A DNA stretch of 63,003 nucleotides from Patescibacteria group bacterium (GTDB lineage: Bacteria > Patescibacteriota > Microgenomatia > Levybacterales > UBA12049), in contig DATKGX010000033.1 in assembly GCA_035510555.1 (NCBI GenBank), positions 1 through 63,003 of the forward strand, read 5' to 3'. This document shows, one piece after another, positions 48,731 to 57,883 of this stretch. The position numbers were made by a program, and so were the translations under genes. Under the pieces are notes generated by a model that saw nothing but the letters and a program-made list of their open reading frames with translations, was not told the origin of the DNA and did no database searches. Numbering within the stretch: the first letter of the stretch is position 1; every line of letters starts with the position of its first letter.

Positions 48731-49720
48731 TTACTGGCCGAGGATTTCCATGATGGCTTTGGCTAATTTCTCGCTGTCGTGCCTAATAATACTTCTTTTT
48801 AAAGTGTCTGCGGGGCTAAATCCTAAAATAACATCTTTGATTAGATTTTTTCTGACAACCCGAAATTCCATTTCACCATCTAAATCATCTTGGACCGGAT
48901 GTTCGTCAAAACCCTTATACCATGCGACTGCTGCCTTTTTTGGCATTTTTTTATTAACCAAAACTACATCCAACTGATCTTTACCAACATATTGTTTCAA
49001 ATCCCCAACGTGGTCTTTAGCAGTATGCTTGGTTGTTTGTCCATATTTAGTCATTAGATTTAAAACATAAATTTTCTTTGCTTTAGACTTCTTGATTGCG
49101 GCCTGAATGCCCTCTACCAATAGATTAGGAATAATGCTGGTATACAAATCTCCGGGGCCAATAATAATCGCGTCTGCTTCCTTAATTGCTTTTTTGGCAT
49201 CGGGATTTGCTCTGACTGCCGGTTTTAAAAAGGCTCTTTTTATCTTCGCTCTTTTTTCGCGTTTCTCTACTTCGTCAATATGTGTCTCACCCTCAATAAC
49301 TGTTCCGTCTATTAATTCTATACACAAATCGCTTTTGGCGTAAGTAACTGGAATTACTCTTCCATGAATACGTAAAATCTTCCCCACTTCTTCAATCGCT
49401 TTTTTCATACTGCCGGTAGTTTTTGTTAATGTAGAAAGGAATATATTCCCAAACGTATGTCCTCTTAATCCACCCTCTTCAAACCGGTAGTTGAACATTT
49501 CCCTTAGGAGTCTCGAGGATTTCGCTAAGGCAACCAAACATTGCCTGACATCGCCGGGAGGAAGCACGCCAAGCTCATCCCTAAGCTTTCCGCTTGAACC
49601 GCCATTATCCATCATCGTAATGATAGCGGACAAATCAACATCGTATTTTTTAAGTCCGGAAAGCGCAACGAAAGTTCCCGTTCCTCCTCCGATTACGACT
49701 ATTTTTTTGTTTCTTTTCAT
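48731..49720 (-). CDS. yvcK: YvcK/CofD-like (UPF0052) protein
   Basis: KIVVIGGGTGTFVALSGLKK...GGSSGKLRDELGVLPPGDVRQCL is typical of YvcK family proteins. Confidence 0.8.
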   Translation of the reverse strand: MKRNKKIVVIGGGTGTFVALSGLKKYDVDLSAIITMMDNGGSSGKLRDELGVLPPGDVRQCLVALAKSSRLLREMFNYRFEEGGLRGHTFGNIFLSTLTKTTGSMKKAIEEVGKILRIHGRVIPVTYAKSDLCIELIDGTVIEGETHIDEVEKREKRAKIKRAFLKPAVRANPDAKKAIKEADAIIIGPGDLYTSIIPNLLVEGIQAAIKKSKAKKIYVLNLMTKYGQTTKHTAKDHVGDLKQYVGKDQLDVVLVNKKMPKKAAVAWYKGFDEHPVQDDLDGEMEFRVVRKNLIKDVILGFSPADTLKRSIIRHDSEKLAKAIMEILGQ

Positions 49721-49780
49721 AATTTAATTATGAGTTTACGTAGTATAACAGCCGCCACATTTAGCTGCAAACTTACTCAA

Positions 49781-50257
49781 TCAATCAGAAACAATCGATA
49801 TTGCTTCTTTCAGATTGGTAATTGTTGCGTCCGGAGAAAAATTGTTAAGAAACGTTTCATCTTGAGCGAATGGACCACGCTTAATCCAAATTGTAAAAAT
49901 TGAAGGATCAAATTGCTTAGCGTTATATAGAATTTCCAACTTATCATCAATTAAATAGATTTTACAATTACCATATTGCTTTATCACTTCTTTCAAATTT
50001 TGATTTTTATTTTCAAAAATATGAATATTCTTGGTTTGAAAAAATTTTACAATACCAGTTTTTTGCAATTTAGCTTTCTGAAATTCACTTTCGCCTTTAG
50101 AAAAAATTCCCAATTCTGCTATTTTTGATGATTTTACCAATACAGATTTAACTTCATCATATAAGGAATATTGCGTAAGATCAGAAGCCTTAAGAGCTGT
50201 AGTATCAAATAAAGTGTAATCAATATCAAAGAGGACGAGTTTATTTAATAATTTCAT
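49781..50257 (-). CDS. HAD-superfamily hydrolase
   Basis: N-terminal LFDIDYTLFDT (DxDxT motif I); small 158-aa protein. Confidence 0.6.
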   Translation of the reverse strand: MKLLNKLVLFDIDYTLFDTTALKASDLTQYSLYDEVKSVLVKSSKIAELGIFSKGESEFQKAKLQKTGIVKFFQTKNIHIFENKNQNLKEVIKQYGNCKIYLIDDKLEILYNAKQFDPSIFTIWIKRGPFAQDETFLNNFSPDATITNLKEAISIVSD

Positions 50258-50843
50258 TAGCTTGATGGAAACCTCTTACGGAGGTTAGTGGATAAACAAC
50301 GCAGTTTTTACCAAGAATTGTTCCGGGATTTAAAACCGAATTTACTCCAACCGCGCAGCCGTCTCCAATAATTGCACCAAATTTGCCTAAACCGGTATTT
50401 ATTTTTTCGCCTTGAATATTTACTAAAATTTCCTGCCTATCCAAACGTAAATTAGCAACGATTGCGCCGGCTGAAATATTAACATTATTACCAACAATAC
50501 TGTCCCCAACATAATTAAGATGAGCAATTGAAGAATTATTTAAAATAATAACATTTTTTAGCTCTACACCATGACCAATTTGGACATTATCTCCTAAAAT
50601 ACAATTATCCCGCATTAGAACAGCATTGCCGATTAAGCAATTCTTGCCAATTATTGCTTTGCCTTTAATTACAGCGTCTTTTTCAATAACAGTTCCTTCG
50701 CCAACTACAACATTTTCTGTATTTATTTTTGAGTCAAGATAGCTCTGCATATTACTGAGGGCTTCCCAAGGATAGCTGAGATCTTTAAATAAATCGGAGA
50801 AAGAAACGTTATTTAAATCGAAAAATTCTTCTACCGTAATCAT
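50241..50843 (-). CDS. Left-handed beta-helix acetyltransferase (GlmU C-terminal-domain-like)
   Basis: Repeated hexapeptide pattern (IGKNCLIGNAV, LGDNVQIGHGV, VGNNVNISAGA, IGDGCAVGVNS). Lies directly downstream of the nucleotidyltransferase. Confidence 0.7.
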   Translation of the reverse strand: MITVEEFFDLNNVSFSDLFKDLSYPWEALSNMQSYLDSKINTENVVVGEGTVIEKDAVIKGKAIIGKNCLIGNAVLMRDNCILGDNVQIGHGVELKNVIILNNSSIAHLNYVGDSIVGNNVNISAGAIVANLRLDRQEILVNIQGEKINTGLGKFGAIIGDGCAVGVNSVLNPGTILGKNCVVYPLTSVRGFHQANEIIK

Positions 50844-50848
50844 ATTAT

Positions 50849-51586
50849 TTATTCCCTAGAAGACAACATTCTTTCTGCTTCTTGAAGCTCGTCTTTGGTA
50901 TTTACTCCTCTCCAGGGAATATTTCCGGCTGTAAGAGTTTCGACGATTTCATTATTTCTGATTCCAATATCAATTAAGCTGGTGAGGTAGTATTCTCCTG
51001 TCACCGGACTTTTCTCAACCTGCGGCAAATATTTTCTTAAAAATTGGATATCGGCAACATAACAGGCCGGATTGATTTCGCGTATTTGTTTTTGCTCAAA
51101 AGTAGCGTCTTTTTCTTCTATAATTCCTTCTAACTTTCCCTCTCTATTTCGAATTATTCTTCCAAGTCCTGTCGGATTATCTACGTTAATTGTTAAAAAT
51201 GTAAAAGCAGCATTACTCTCTCTATGTTTATTAACAAGCGCTTCGATAATCTCTCTTTTATAAAGAGCAGAATCATCTCCCTGTAAAATTAATACATCCC
51301 CCATGTCTTGAGGCATTTCTCTTAAGGCTACTTCAACCGCATTCGCTGTCCCTAATCTTTGCGCCTGCTCAACAAAAACAATATCTCCGTCAAGTAAACT
51401 TTTAACAGAATCTTTGGCAAAACCTACAACAATCGTTATTGGAGAAGCCTCGATTTGCCTAAGCAAATCCACTGTATGTAAAATCATCGGTTTTCCGCCA
51501 AGAGGCAAAGTGACCTTGTTGACGTCTTTAGATTCCATTCTTTTACCTTCTCCCGCTGCTAATACTATTGCTGCTAGTTCTTTCAT
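50849..51586 (-). CDS. Sugar-1-phosphate nucleotidyltransferase (GlmU N-terminal-domain-like)
   Basis: AAIVLAAGEGKRMES (the LAAGxGxRM motif) and GTANAV. Confidence 0.75.
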   Translation of the reverse strand: MKELAAIVLAAGEGKRMESKDVNKVTLPLGGKPMILHTVDLLRQIEASPITIVVGFAKDSVKSLLDGDIVFVEQAQRLGTANAVEVALREMPQDMGDVLILQGDDSALYKREIIEALVNKHRESNAAFTFLTINVDNPTGLGRIIRNREGKLEGIIEEKDATFEQKQIREINPACYVADIQFLRKYLPQVEKSPVTGEYYLTSLIDIGIRNNEIVETLTAGNIPWRGVNTKDELQEAERMLSSRE

Positions 51587-51588
51587 CT

Positions 51589-52917
51589 TTATTCTTCTAA
51601 TCTTTTTATGCTTGCTCCCAAACTACTTAATCTTTGTTCAAATTGTTCATACCCCCTATCCAAGTGTTCAATATCAAACAGCACGCTTTGTCCCCTAGCC
51701 GCCAGAGCTGCCAAAACAAGACTTGCGCCAGCTCTTAAATCGGCGACCGTTAAAGCCGCATTATGCAATGGAGTTGGACCAAAGATTCTGATGGCATGCA
51801 AATTTTTATTATTATCGTCTTTGATGTTAAAGTTATAAATAGTTTCGGGATTTTTGACTTCCGGCTTATAAAATTCGATATTCGCTCCCATTTTTTTTAG
51901 TTCTTCTACGTAAGTAAACCGATTCTCATAAACAGTTTCGTGAATCGAAGACTCTCCATTTGCCTTAGTCATTAAAACCGCCCAGGGACCTTGCCAATCC
52001 GTCATAAAACCGGGATAAAAAGAAGTTGTAACATTACTGGACTTTAATTCTCCTTTGTAAAAAAATCTTATCCCATTTTGTTTTTCTTCTATCCCCCCAC
52101 CGCAGTTTCTTACTACTTCCAGAAATTCTTCAAGGCCTTTAGCTTTTATATCGCGGATAAAAACATCTCCCTCCGTAATCAAAGCCGCAATCGCAAAAGT
52201 AACCACTTCATTCCTGTCCGGCGCAATTATAAATTCTGTCCCGTGTAATCTGGAAACCCCTTTGATAATTATTTTTCTTGGCTCTTCCCTAGCTATCCGT
52301 GCTCCCATTCTATTGAGTAAGCCAATTAGTTCGTCAATCTCCGGCTCTTGCGCCGCATTTTCCAACACTGTAATACCCCTAGCTAAAACCGCAGATAAAA
52401 GCATTGTTTCCGTACCCGTATGAGTGCTTTTTGAAAACTTATAAACAGTGCCGGTTAAACCTTTAGGAGCCAAGGCATGAAAATATCCGTCTTTGCTGTC
52501 GTATTGGATTTTGACTCCCATCTTTTTTAAACCCCCGACAATCCTATCTATTGGCCTGGCTCCAATTCTGCAACCACCCGGATTAGGAATAATTGCTTTT
52601 CCAAGCCTTGCCAAAAGTGGGGCTAAAAACATATAGGAAGTTCTTATTTCTGCTGCTTTATCTAATGATATTTTTTCGCTCGCAAAATTCTCTAACCTTA
52701 TTGAGACATTGTGATCATTAAATTTTACTATTCCACCCAAGTTACGGATTATCTCCACCATGACCATGAAATCCGAAATTAAGGGCACATTTTTAACAAT
52801 CACTTCATCTTCTGTCAAACAAGCTGCTACAAGAATTTTTAAAGCAACATTTTTAGAGCCAAGCACGGATACTTCTCCGCTTAATCTTTTTCCACCGTTA
52901 ATTACCAATTTATTCAT
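51589..52917 (-). CDS. murA: UDP-N-acetylglucosamine 1-carboxyvinyltransferase
   Basis: INGGKRLSGEVSVLGSKNVALKIL, the CRIGARPID active-site Cys loop, and a 442-aa length. Confidence 0.93.
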   Translation of the reverse strand: MNKLVINGGKRLSGEVSVLGSKNVALKILVAACLTEDEVIVKNVPLISDFMVMVEIIRNLGGIVKFNDHNVSIRLENFASEKISLDKAAEIRTSYMFLAPLLARLGKAIIPNPGGCRIGARPIDRIVGGLKKMGVKIQYDSKDGYFHALAPKGLTGTVYKFSKSTHTGTETMLLSAVLARGITVLENAAQEPEIDELIGLLNRMGARIAREEPRKIIIKGVSRLHGTEFIIAPDRNEVVTFAIAALITEGDVFIRDIKAKGLEEFLEVVRNCGGGIEEKQNGIRFFYKGELKSSNVTTSFYPGFMTDWQGPWAVLMTKANGESSIHETVYENRFTYVEELKKMGANIEFYKPEVKNPETIYNFNIKDDNNKNLHAIRIFGPTPLHNAALTVADLRAGASLVLAALAARGQSVLFDIEHLDRGYEQFEQRLSSLGASIKRLEE

Positions 52918-54328
52918 TTATTAATTCCTTTCCGATTTTGTAAACATCTCCCGCACCCATGGTAATAATTATATAATTGTCATTAAAGTTTTTTTGCTCG
53001 AGGTATTTTATCACATCTTCAAGTCTAGCAATATATAAAACATCCTTTTGAATTTTTGCAACACTACTGGCTAACAGCTCTGAGGAAACCGTATTATCGG
53101 CGACTTCTCGCAAGGAAGGGAAAATATCTGTCAAAATTAATTCATTTGCAAAATTAAATGAAGATTTAAACTGTTCGAACAAACTTTTTGTTCTTGAATA
53201 CGTATGGGGCTGAAAAATACAAACAATTTTTTTGTTCGGATAAATTTTCCTAAAAGCTCCTAAAGTATTTTTTATTTCGGTTGGATGATGAGCGTAATCA
53301 TCGTATATTAATGCCCCCGATGCTGTTTTTCCTACAAATTCCGACCTTCTCTTCGTACCCTTAAATACGAGTAAGTCTCTTTTTATATTTTCTACAGATA
53401 ACCCCAATTCGAGACAAACCACAATTGCCGCAAGCGCATTTAAGGCATTGTATTCTCCGGCAATATTTAATGAGAACTCGCCGAGTAGTGTATCTTTCGC
53501 ACGCACCCAAAAAAAAGTTTTTTCGGGCGCTATGCTTACCTTTTGGAGATTAAAATCAGCGCTTTCAGAAAAACCGTAGGTAATTACTTTGCCTGTATAT
53601 TGCTTAATCATCTTTACTGTTTCCGGATCATCTATACCGGCTACCAGAACTCCCGATGACTTGATGTTTTTGGCAAAATTTAAAAACGCTTCTCTTAGCT
53701 GCTCCATTGAGGAGTAGAGGTCGGGATGGTCAAACTCAATATTGGTAATTACTCCAATTTGCGGATGTTGCCATAAGAATTTAGGCGTCTTATCATATTT
53801 TGGTTCTGTTGCATATTCGTCTGCTTCGGCCACAAAATACTTCCCTTTTCCAAAATGTCCGGACGAACCAAGTGAAGGAATATCACCCGTACCAATCAGG
53901 AAAGTCGGGTCTTGTTTATTCTCTTTAAGTATCGTTGCGATCATAGCCGAAGTGGTAGTTTTACCGTGAGAACCGGCCACCGAAATCCCCTCAAAAACAT
54001 CCTTCAACAGCTCTCCGTCCATAAATTTACCGACTGCTTGTCCTTGTGTCCAAACCGGAATCCCTAACTGCTTTGCTTTAATTACTTCGATGTTCTCAAA
54101 ACCACCATGAGCACCGGTAGTAATGAGAAGATCGCAAGCTAATAAATGCTCTTCGGAGAAACCTACCAAAGATTTTATTCCGGCTCTTTCTAATGGCGCG
54201 TCTGTAATGAATTCCTCGTCTAAATCGCAACCCGATACTTTAAAACCGGCCTCTTTGGCAATGATTGCCAGAGGCGTCATCCCTACCCCTTTTATGCCTA
54301 AAAAATGAATGTTTTTAATCTTATTCAT
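52910..54328 (-). CDS. murC: UDP-N-acetylmuramate--L-alanine ligase
   Basis: IHFLGIKGVGMTPLA, VAGSHGKTTTSAMI, and DDYAHHPTEI. Confidence 0.9.
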   Translation of the reverse strand: MNKIKNIHFLGIKGVGMTPLAIIAKEAGFKVSGCDLDEEFITDAPLERAGIKSLVGFSEEHLLACDLLITTGAHGGFENIEVIKAKQLGIPVWTQGQAVGKFMDGELLKDVFEGISVAGSHGKTTTSAMIATILKENKQDPTFLIGTGDIPSLGSSGHFGKGKYFVAEADEYATEPKYDKTPKFLWQHPQIGVITNIEFDHPDLYSSMEQLREAFLNFAKNIKSSGVLVAGIDDPETVKMIKQYTGKVITYGFSESADFNLQKVSIAPEKTFFWVRAKDTLLGEFSLNIAGEYNALNALAAIVVCLELGLSVENIKRDLLVFKGTKRRSEFVGKTASGALIYDDYAHHPTEIKNTLGAFRKIYPNKKIVCIFQPHTYSRTKSLFEQFKSSFNFANELILTDIFPSLREVADNTVSSELLASSVAKIQKDVLYIARLEDVIKYLEQKNFNDNYIIITMGAGDVYKIGKELINE

Positions 54329-54331
54329 TGC

Positions 54332-55525
54332 TTAAGTCTTAGCTCTTGCTTCCAAAGCCTCTTTAACCATTTCATATTCATCCCAAGGCTCTTCTCCCTT
54401 ACCATAATTCATGGAACCTTCTTGAGATTTACCGGTAATTAACACTAAGTCATCTTTTTTAGCCATTTGTACAGCAGCCTGAATTGCCTCTTTTCTATCG
54501 GGAATTCTTATAACCTCACATTTTCCTTTTTTTATACCAACTTCAATCTCTGCAATAATTGCGTTGACATCTTCCGTTCTTGGATCCTCGGCAGTTAAGA
54601 TAATAATGTCGCAGTACTCTGAAGAAATTTCCCCTAAAAACGGCCTTTTTAGTACGTCTCTTTCCCCGGCACTGCCGAAAACGTGAATTAAACTGCCCTT
54701 AACTGTTGGCCTTAATGCTTTAAGTATTTGTTCGGACGCATTTGATGTATGAGCAAAGTCAATCATTACGCTAAAATCTTCTTGATAGACATAATCTACT
54801 CTCCCAATTGGTTCACGAAAAGTCTGAAGAGCTTTTTTTATACTTTCATCGGTTATTCCTAAGGTTTTACACGCCGCAACTGAGGCTAAAACGTTATACT
54901 GATTGAACTCTCCCAATAAAGTATTCCCTTTAATATCAAACGTATTTTTATTGTAATCAGCGCTTTCGGAAAGTCCGTAAGTTATCCAATTCCCTTGTGT
55001 TTTTTGGCTTTTAACTTTTGACAGGAACATATACGAGCTATCGTCGCTATTAACAACGCATATTTTTGCTTTTTTTAATAGTTTAATCTTCGTTTCCAAA
55101 TAATTGTCATAAGTTTTATGGTAGTCCAGATGCTCATTGGTGACATTGGTTAAAACTCCCACTTTAATCGGGATTCCCACGATTCTGTTTTGGTCAATTG
55201 CGTGAGACGTAACTTCCAAAACAAAATATTCTGACTTCTTATTGCGGGCTTTTCTTAAAAATTTCTGCAGTGAAAATGAAGCCGGAGTAGTAACGTGAAA
55301 ACCGGTATCATAGGCTCGATTATCAATAACGGCCGATATACTTGAAATCATCGAGGCCTTCGCGCCTGAACTTTTTAAAATATGGTAAATCAAGTTAACA
55401 GTGGTTGTCTTTCCATCCGTTCCCGTTACGGCTATTACCTTCATGTCCCTTGCGGGGAAAAAGAAGAAAATATTAGCAAAAATAGCTACAAAAAAATGGT
55501 AAATATTTTTAATTCTTTGCCACAT
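54332..55525 (-). CDS. murE: MurE-like Mur ligase lacking the canonical N-terminal domain
   Basis: IAVTGTDGKTTT P-loop, DFAHTSNA, GSAGERDVLKRP, and LTAEDPRTED at the MurE DNPR position. Only 397 aa, with a hydrophobic N-terminus. Confidence 0.65.
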   Translation of the reverse strand: MWQRIKNIYHFFVAIFANIFFFFPARDMKVIAVTGTDGKTTTVNLIYHILKSSGAKASMISSISAVIDNRAYDTGFHVTTPASFSLQKFLRKARNKKSEYFVLEVTSHAIDQNRIVGIPIKVGVLTNVTNEHLDYHKTYDNYLETKIKLLKKAKICVVNSDDSSYMFLSKVKSQKTQGNWITYGLSESADYNKNTFDIKGNTLLGEFNQYNVLASVAACKTLGITDESIKKALQTFREPIGRVDYVYQEDFSVMIDFAHTSNASEQILKALRPTVKGSLIHVFGSAGERDVLKRPFLGEISSEYCDIIILTAEDPRTEDVNAIIAEIEVGIKKGKCEVIRIPDRKEAIQAAVQMAKKDDLVLITGKSQEGSMNYGKGEEPWDEYEMVKEALEARAKT

Positions 55526-55578
55526 CGCTATATTATACCCTTTATTTAACCCATTCTCTAGTTTAGTATAATAGAAAA

Positions 55579-55899
55579 GTGATCCGAAACCTTACTCAAA
55601 ACACTATTCTTGCTAAACAATACTCATTTAAAAAAGGATTTGGGAAAATAAAAGGGCTTTTAGGGAAAAATGAGGCTGAAGCGATCGTTTTCAAGACGAG
55701 ATTCGGTATCCATACTTTCTTTTTAAACTTTCCGATTGATTTACTTATTCTAGACGATAAAGGAATGATTAAGCTGGCTAAAACTGTTAAGCCGAATCGA
55801 ATTGTCTTCTGGAACATAAGATTTAAAACTGTCATTGAACTTCCCTTTAACACTCTTCGCCAGACCAAAACAAAGGTTGGCGACGCTATAACTTTATGA
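55579..55899 (+). CDS. DUF192-family protein
   Basis: 106 aa. The FKTRFGIHTFFLNFPIDLLILD pattern resembles DUF192 (COG1430). It is the only + strand gene inside the dcw cluster. Confidence 0.55.
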   Translation: MIRNLTQNTILAKQYSFKKGFGKIKGLLGKNEAEAIVFKTRFGIHTFFLNFPIDLLILDDKGMIKLAKTVKPNRIVFWNIRFKTVIELPFNTLRQTKTKVGDAITL

Positions 55900-55904
55900 T
55901 TTCT

Positions 55905-57587
55905 TTAATTTCCTTCCGGCGGTATCCCATAATAGCGTAAGAGCGACTGTGCAATGTCAAAAAAGATGGGCGCGGCGGTGTCCGCCCCATAAATTGAGGC
56001 TGTTGGCCTGTTTAGAATAACCAGCATCACGAATTTTGGGTTGTCGGATGGTGCAAACCCAACAAAAGAAGCAATTGTTTGAGTAGGATCATAATGACCG
56101 CTCACCGGAATAGAAGCCGTTCCCGTCTTTCCGGCTATACTGTAGCCCTTTAAGCGAGCCCAGGAAGCCTCCCCTTTATTGACTGCATTAACCATGATTT
56201 GAGTCATTACTTTGGCCGTTTCAGCGTTAATTGGCGCATCTAATGCTTTAGGCTGAATCTGCGTCGTATTTCCATCGGCATCTCGAACAGCCGCCACAAC
56301 TTGAGGCTCCATTCTAATTCCTTCATTGGCTATAGCGGCTGTAGCATCTAAAAGCTCTATTGGCGTTATCGATATTCCCTGGCCAAAGCCGGTTGTGGCT
56401 AAATCTACCGCATACCACTGGCTTTTGGGCTTAAGCGAAGCCGAAACTTCCCCTTGTAAATCAATATTTGTGCTATCGCCTATTCCAAACTTACCCAAAT
56501 AATTGATCATTCCGTCTAGTCCTAGCTTTTGCGTGACAAAAACCATTCCGGTATTATCGGAGTGTTGGATTACATCAATCATATTTGTATTTGGAAAATA
56601 CTTATTGTCCCAGGTTTCCAGTTGGTAACCCCCCACAGATACGGGGCCGGCACAAGCATTACACTTTGTATCCGGTGTTACCAACTTTGCGTCTAAAGCC
56701 CCCGACATCACCAAAGGCTTAAAAGTCGAGCCGGGTTCGTATAAATCGGAAATAAAAGGATTTTTATACAAATCGTTCGTATAATCTTGATAGCTCCTCG
56801 GGTCGAAATTAGGATAGGCTGCCATCGCCAGAATTGCGCCGGTCTGAGGATTCATTATTCCTACCATTCCCGAGGTTGCTCCATATTGTTCTACTCCATC
56901 TTTAAGTTTTTGTTCAACCAGAAATTGAATTGAACGGTCAATATTTAAGATTAAATTCGCTCCATCGGTTTCGCCCGAAGATTGGTTCATTTCTGCCAAA
57001 ATCGGCCTCCCAAACGCATCATGTACTTCAACCGCTTGTCCTGCTTTACCGCTTAAAAGCCGGTCGTAAAACCCTTCCAAACCAAAGTAACCTTTATCAT
57101 TACCAGCACTATCTTTACCGACAAAGCCCAACAGCTGGGCAGCCATCGAAGCTTCCGGATAAAATCTCTGGTACTGATTGTCAAAACCAACTCCAGGCAA
57201 ATTTATGCTCTCCAGTTGTTGTTTGGTTTTTACGTCAACGCCGGATTGTATTGGCACCCAGAATTTATCAAGCGCAAGACTAGCGCTAACCGAAGCAATA
57301 TCTAATTTTAGCGTTGAAGCAAGAATTGTGGAAACTGCTTCCTTATTTTGTATTTCTTTGGGGTTGGCAAAAACCAGATATGAAAGCTTATTGGCGGCAA
57401 TTGGAAATCCATCCGAAGTCTCAATTTCACCTCTTTGCGGAGTAAGTGTGAGCGTCGTTCCGTATTGTTGTTGACCAAGTAGGGATAGTTCTTGGGCTTT
57501 AACTACCTGCCAGTAAAAAAGTCTTGCGACGACAAGAAGAAATAAGCATACTAGCCCCAAAAATACGAAGCGATATCTCCATGTCAT
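55905..57587 (-). CDS. ftsI: Class B penicillin-binding protein (FtsI/PBP2 transpeptidase)
   Basis: N-terminal TM anchor; SxxK (GSTFKP), SxN (HSDN) and KTG (GKTGTA) motifs. Confidence 0.9.
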   Translation of the reverse strand: MTWRYRFVFLGLVCLFLLVVARLFYWQVVKAQELSLLGQQQYGTTLTLTPQRGEIETSDGFPIAANKLSYLVFANPKEIQNKEAVSTILASTLKLDIASVSASLALDKFWVPIQSGVDVKTKQQLESINLPGVGFDNQYQRFYPEASMAAQLLGFVGKDSAGNDKGYFGLEGFYDRLLSGKAGQAVEVHDAFGRPILAEMNQSSGETDGANLILNIDRSIQFLVEQKLKDGVEQYGATSGMVGIMNPQTGAILAMAAYPNFDPRSYQDYTNDLYKNPFISDLYEPGSTFKPLVMSGALDAKLVTPDTKCNACAGPVSVGGYQLETWDNKYFPNTNMIDVIQHSDNTGMVFVTQKLGLDGMINYLGKFGIGDSTNIDLQGEVSASLKPKSQWYAVDLATTGFGQGISITPIELLDATAAIANEGIRMEPQVVAAVRDADGNTTQIQPKALDAPINAETAKVMTQIMVNAVNKGEASWARLKGYSIAGKTGTASIPVSGHYDPTQTIASFVGFAPSDNPKFVMLVILNRPTASIYGADTAAPIFFDIAQSLLRYYGIPPEGN

Positions 57588-57883
57588 TGTTTATAAGCAA
57601 CCGGCACTTGACCGTTTAAGACAAAGTCGGTTTTTTGCTCAATATATCCATCTTTTAAGGCCTCGTCGGCAATATTAGTTAACGAAGATTTTGTATACAG
57701 ATTTTCGGCCAATTGAATATTTTCCATTTTATAACTATTGCTTTGTTCTTGAATCTGCCCCAAGAGTACTCCCGACGTCGCTACTTGATTAGAGATGTAA
57801 ATTCTAACTATCGACAACCCAAAAACTATTAACGTTAAGATTCCGATTGATAAAATCGCCTTTTTCATATTAATTCCTTTCAA
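57584..57883 (-). CDS. ftsL: FtsL-like small bitopic division protein
   Basis: 99 aa with a single TM helix. Sits between rsmH and ftsI. Confidence 0.5.
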   Translation of the reverse strand: MKGINMKKAILSIGILTLIVFGLSIVRIYISNQVATSGVLLGQIQEQSNSYKMENIQLAENLYTKSSLTNIADEALKDGYIEQKTDFVLNGQVPVAYKQ

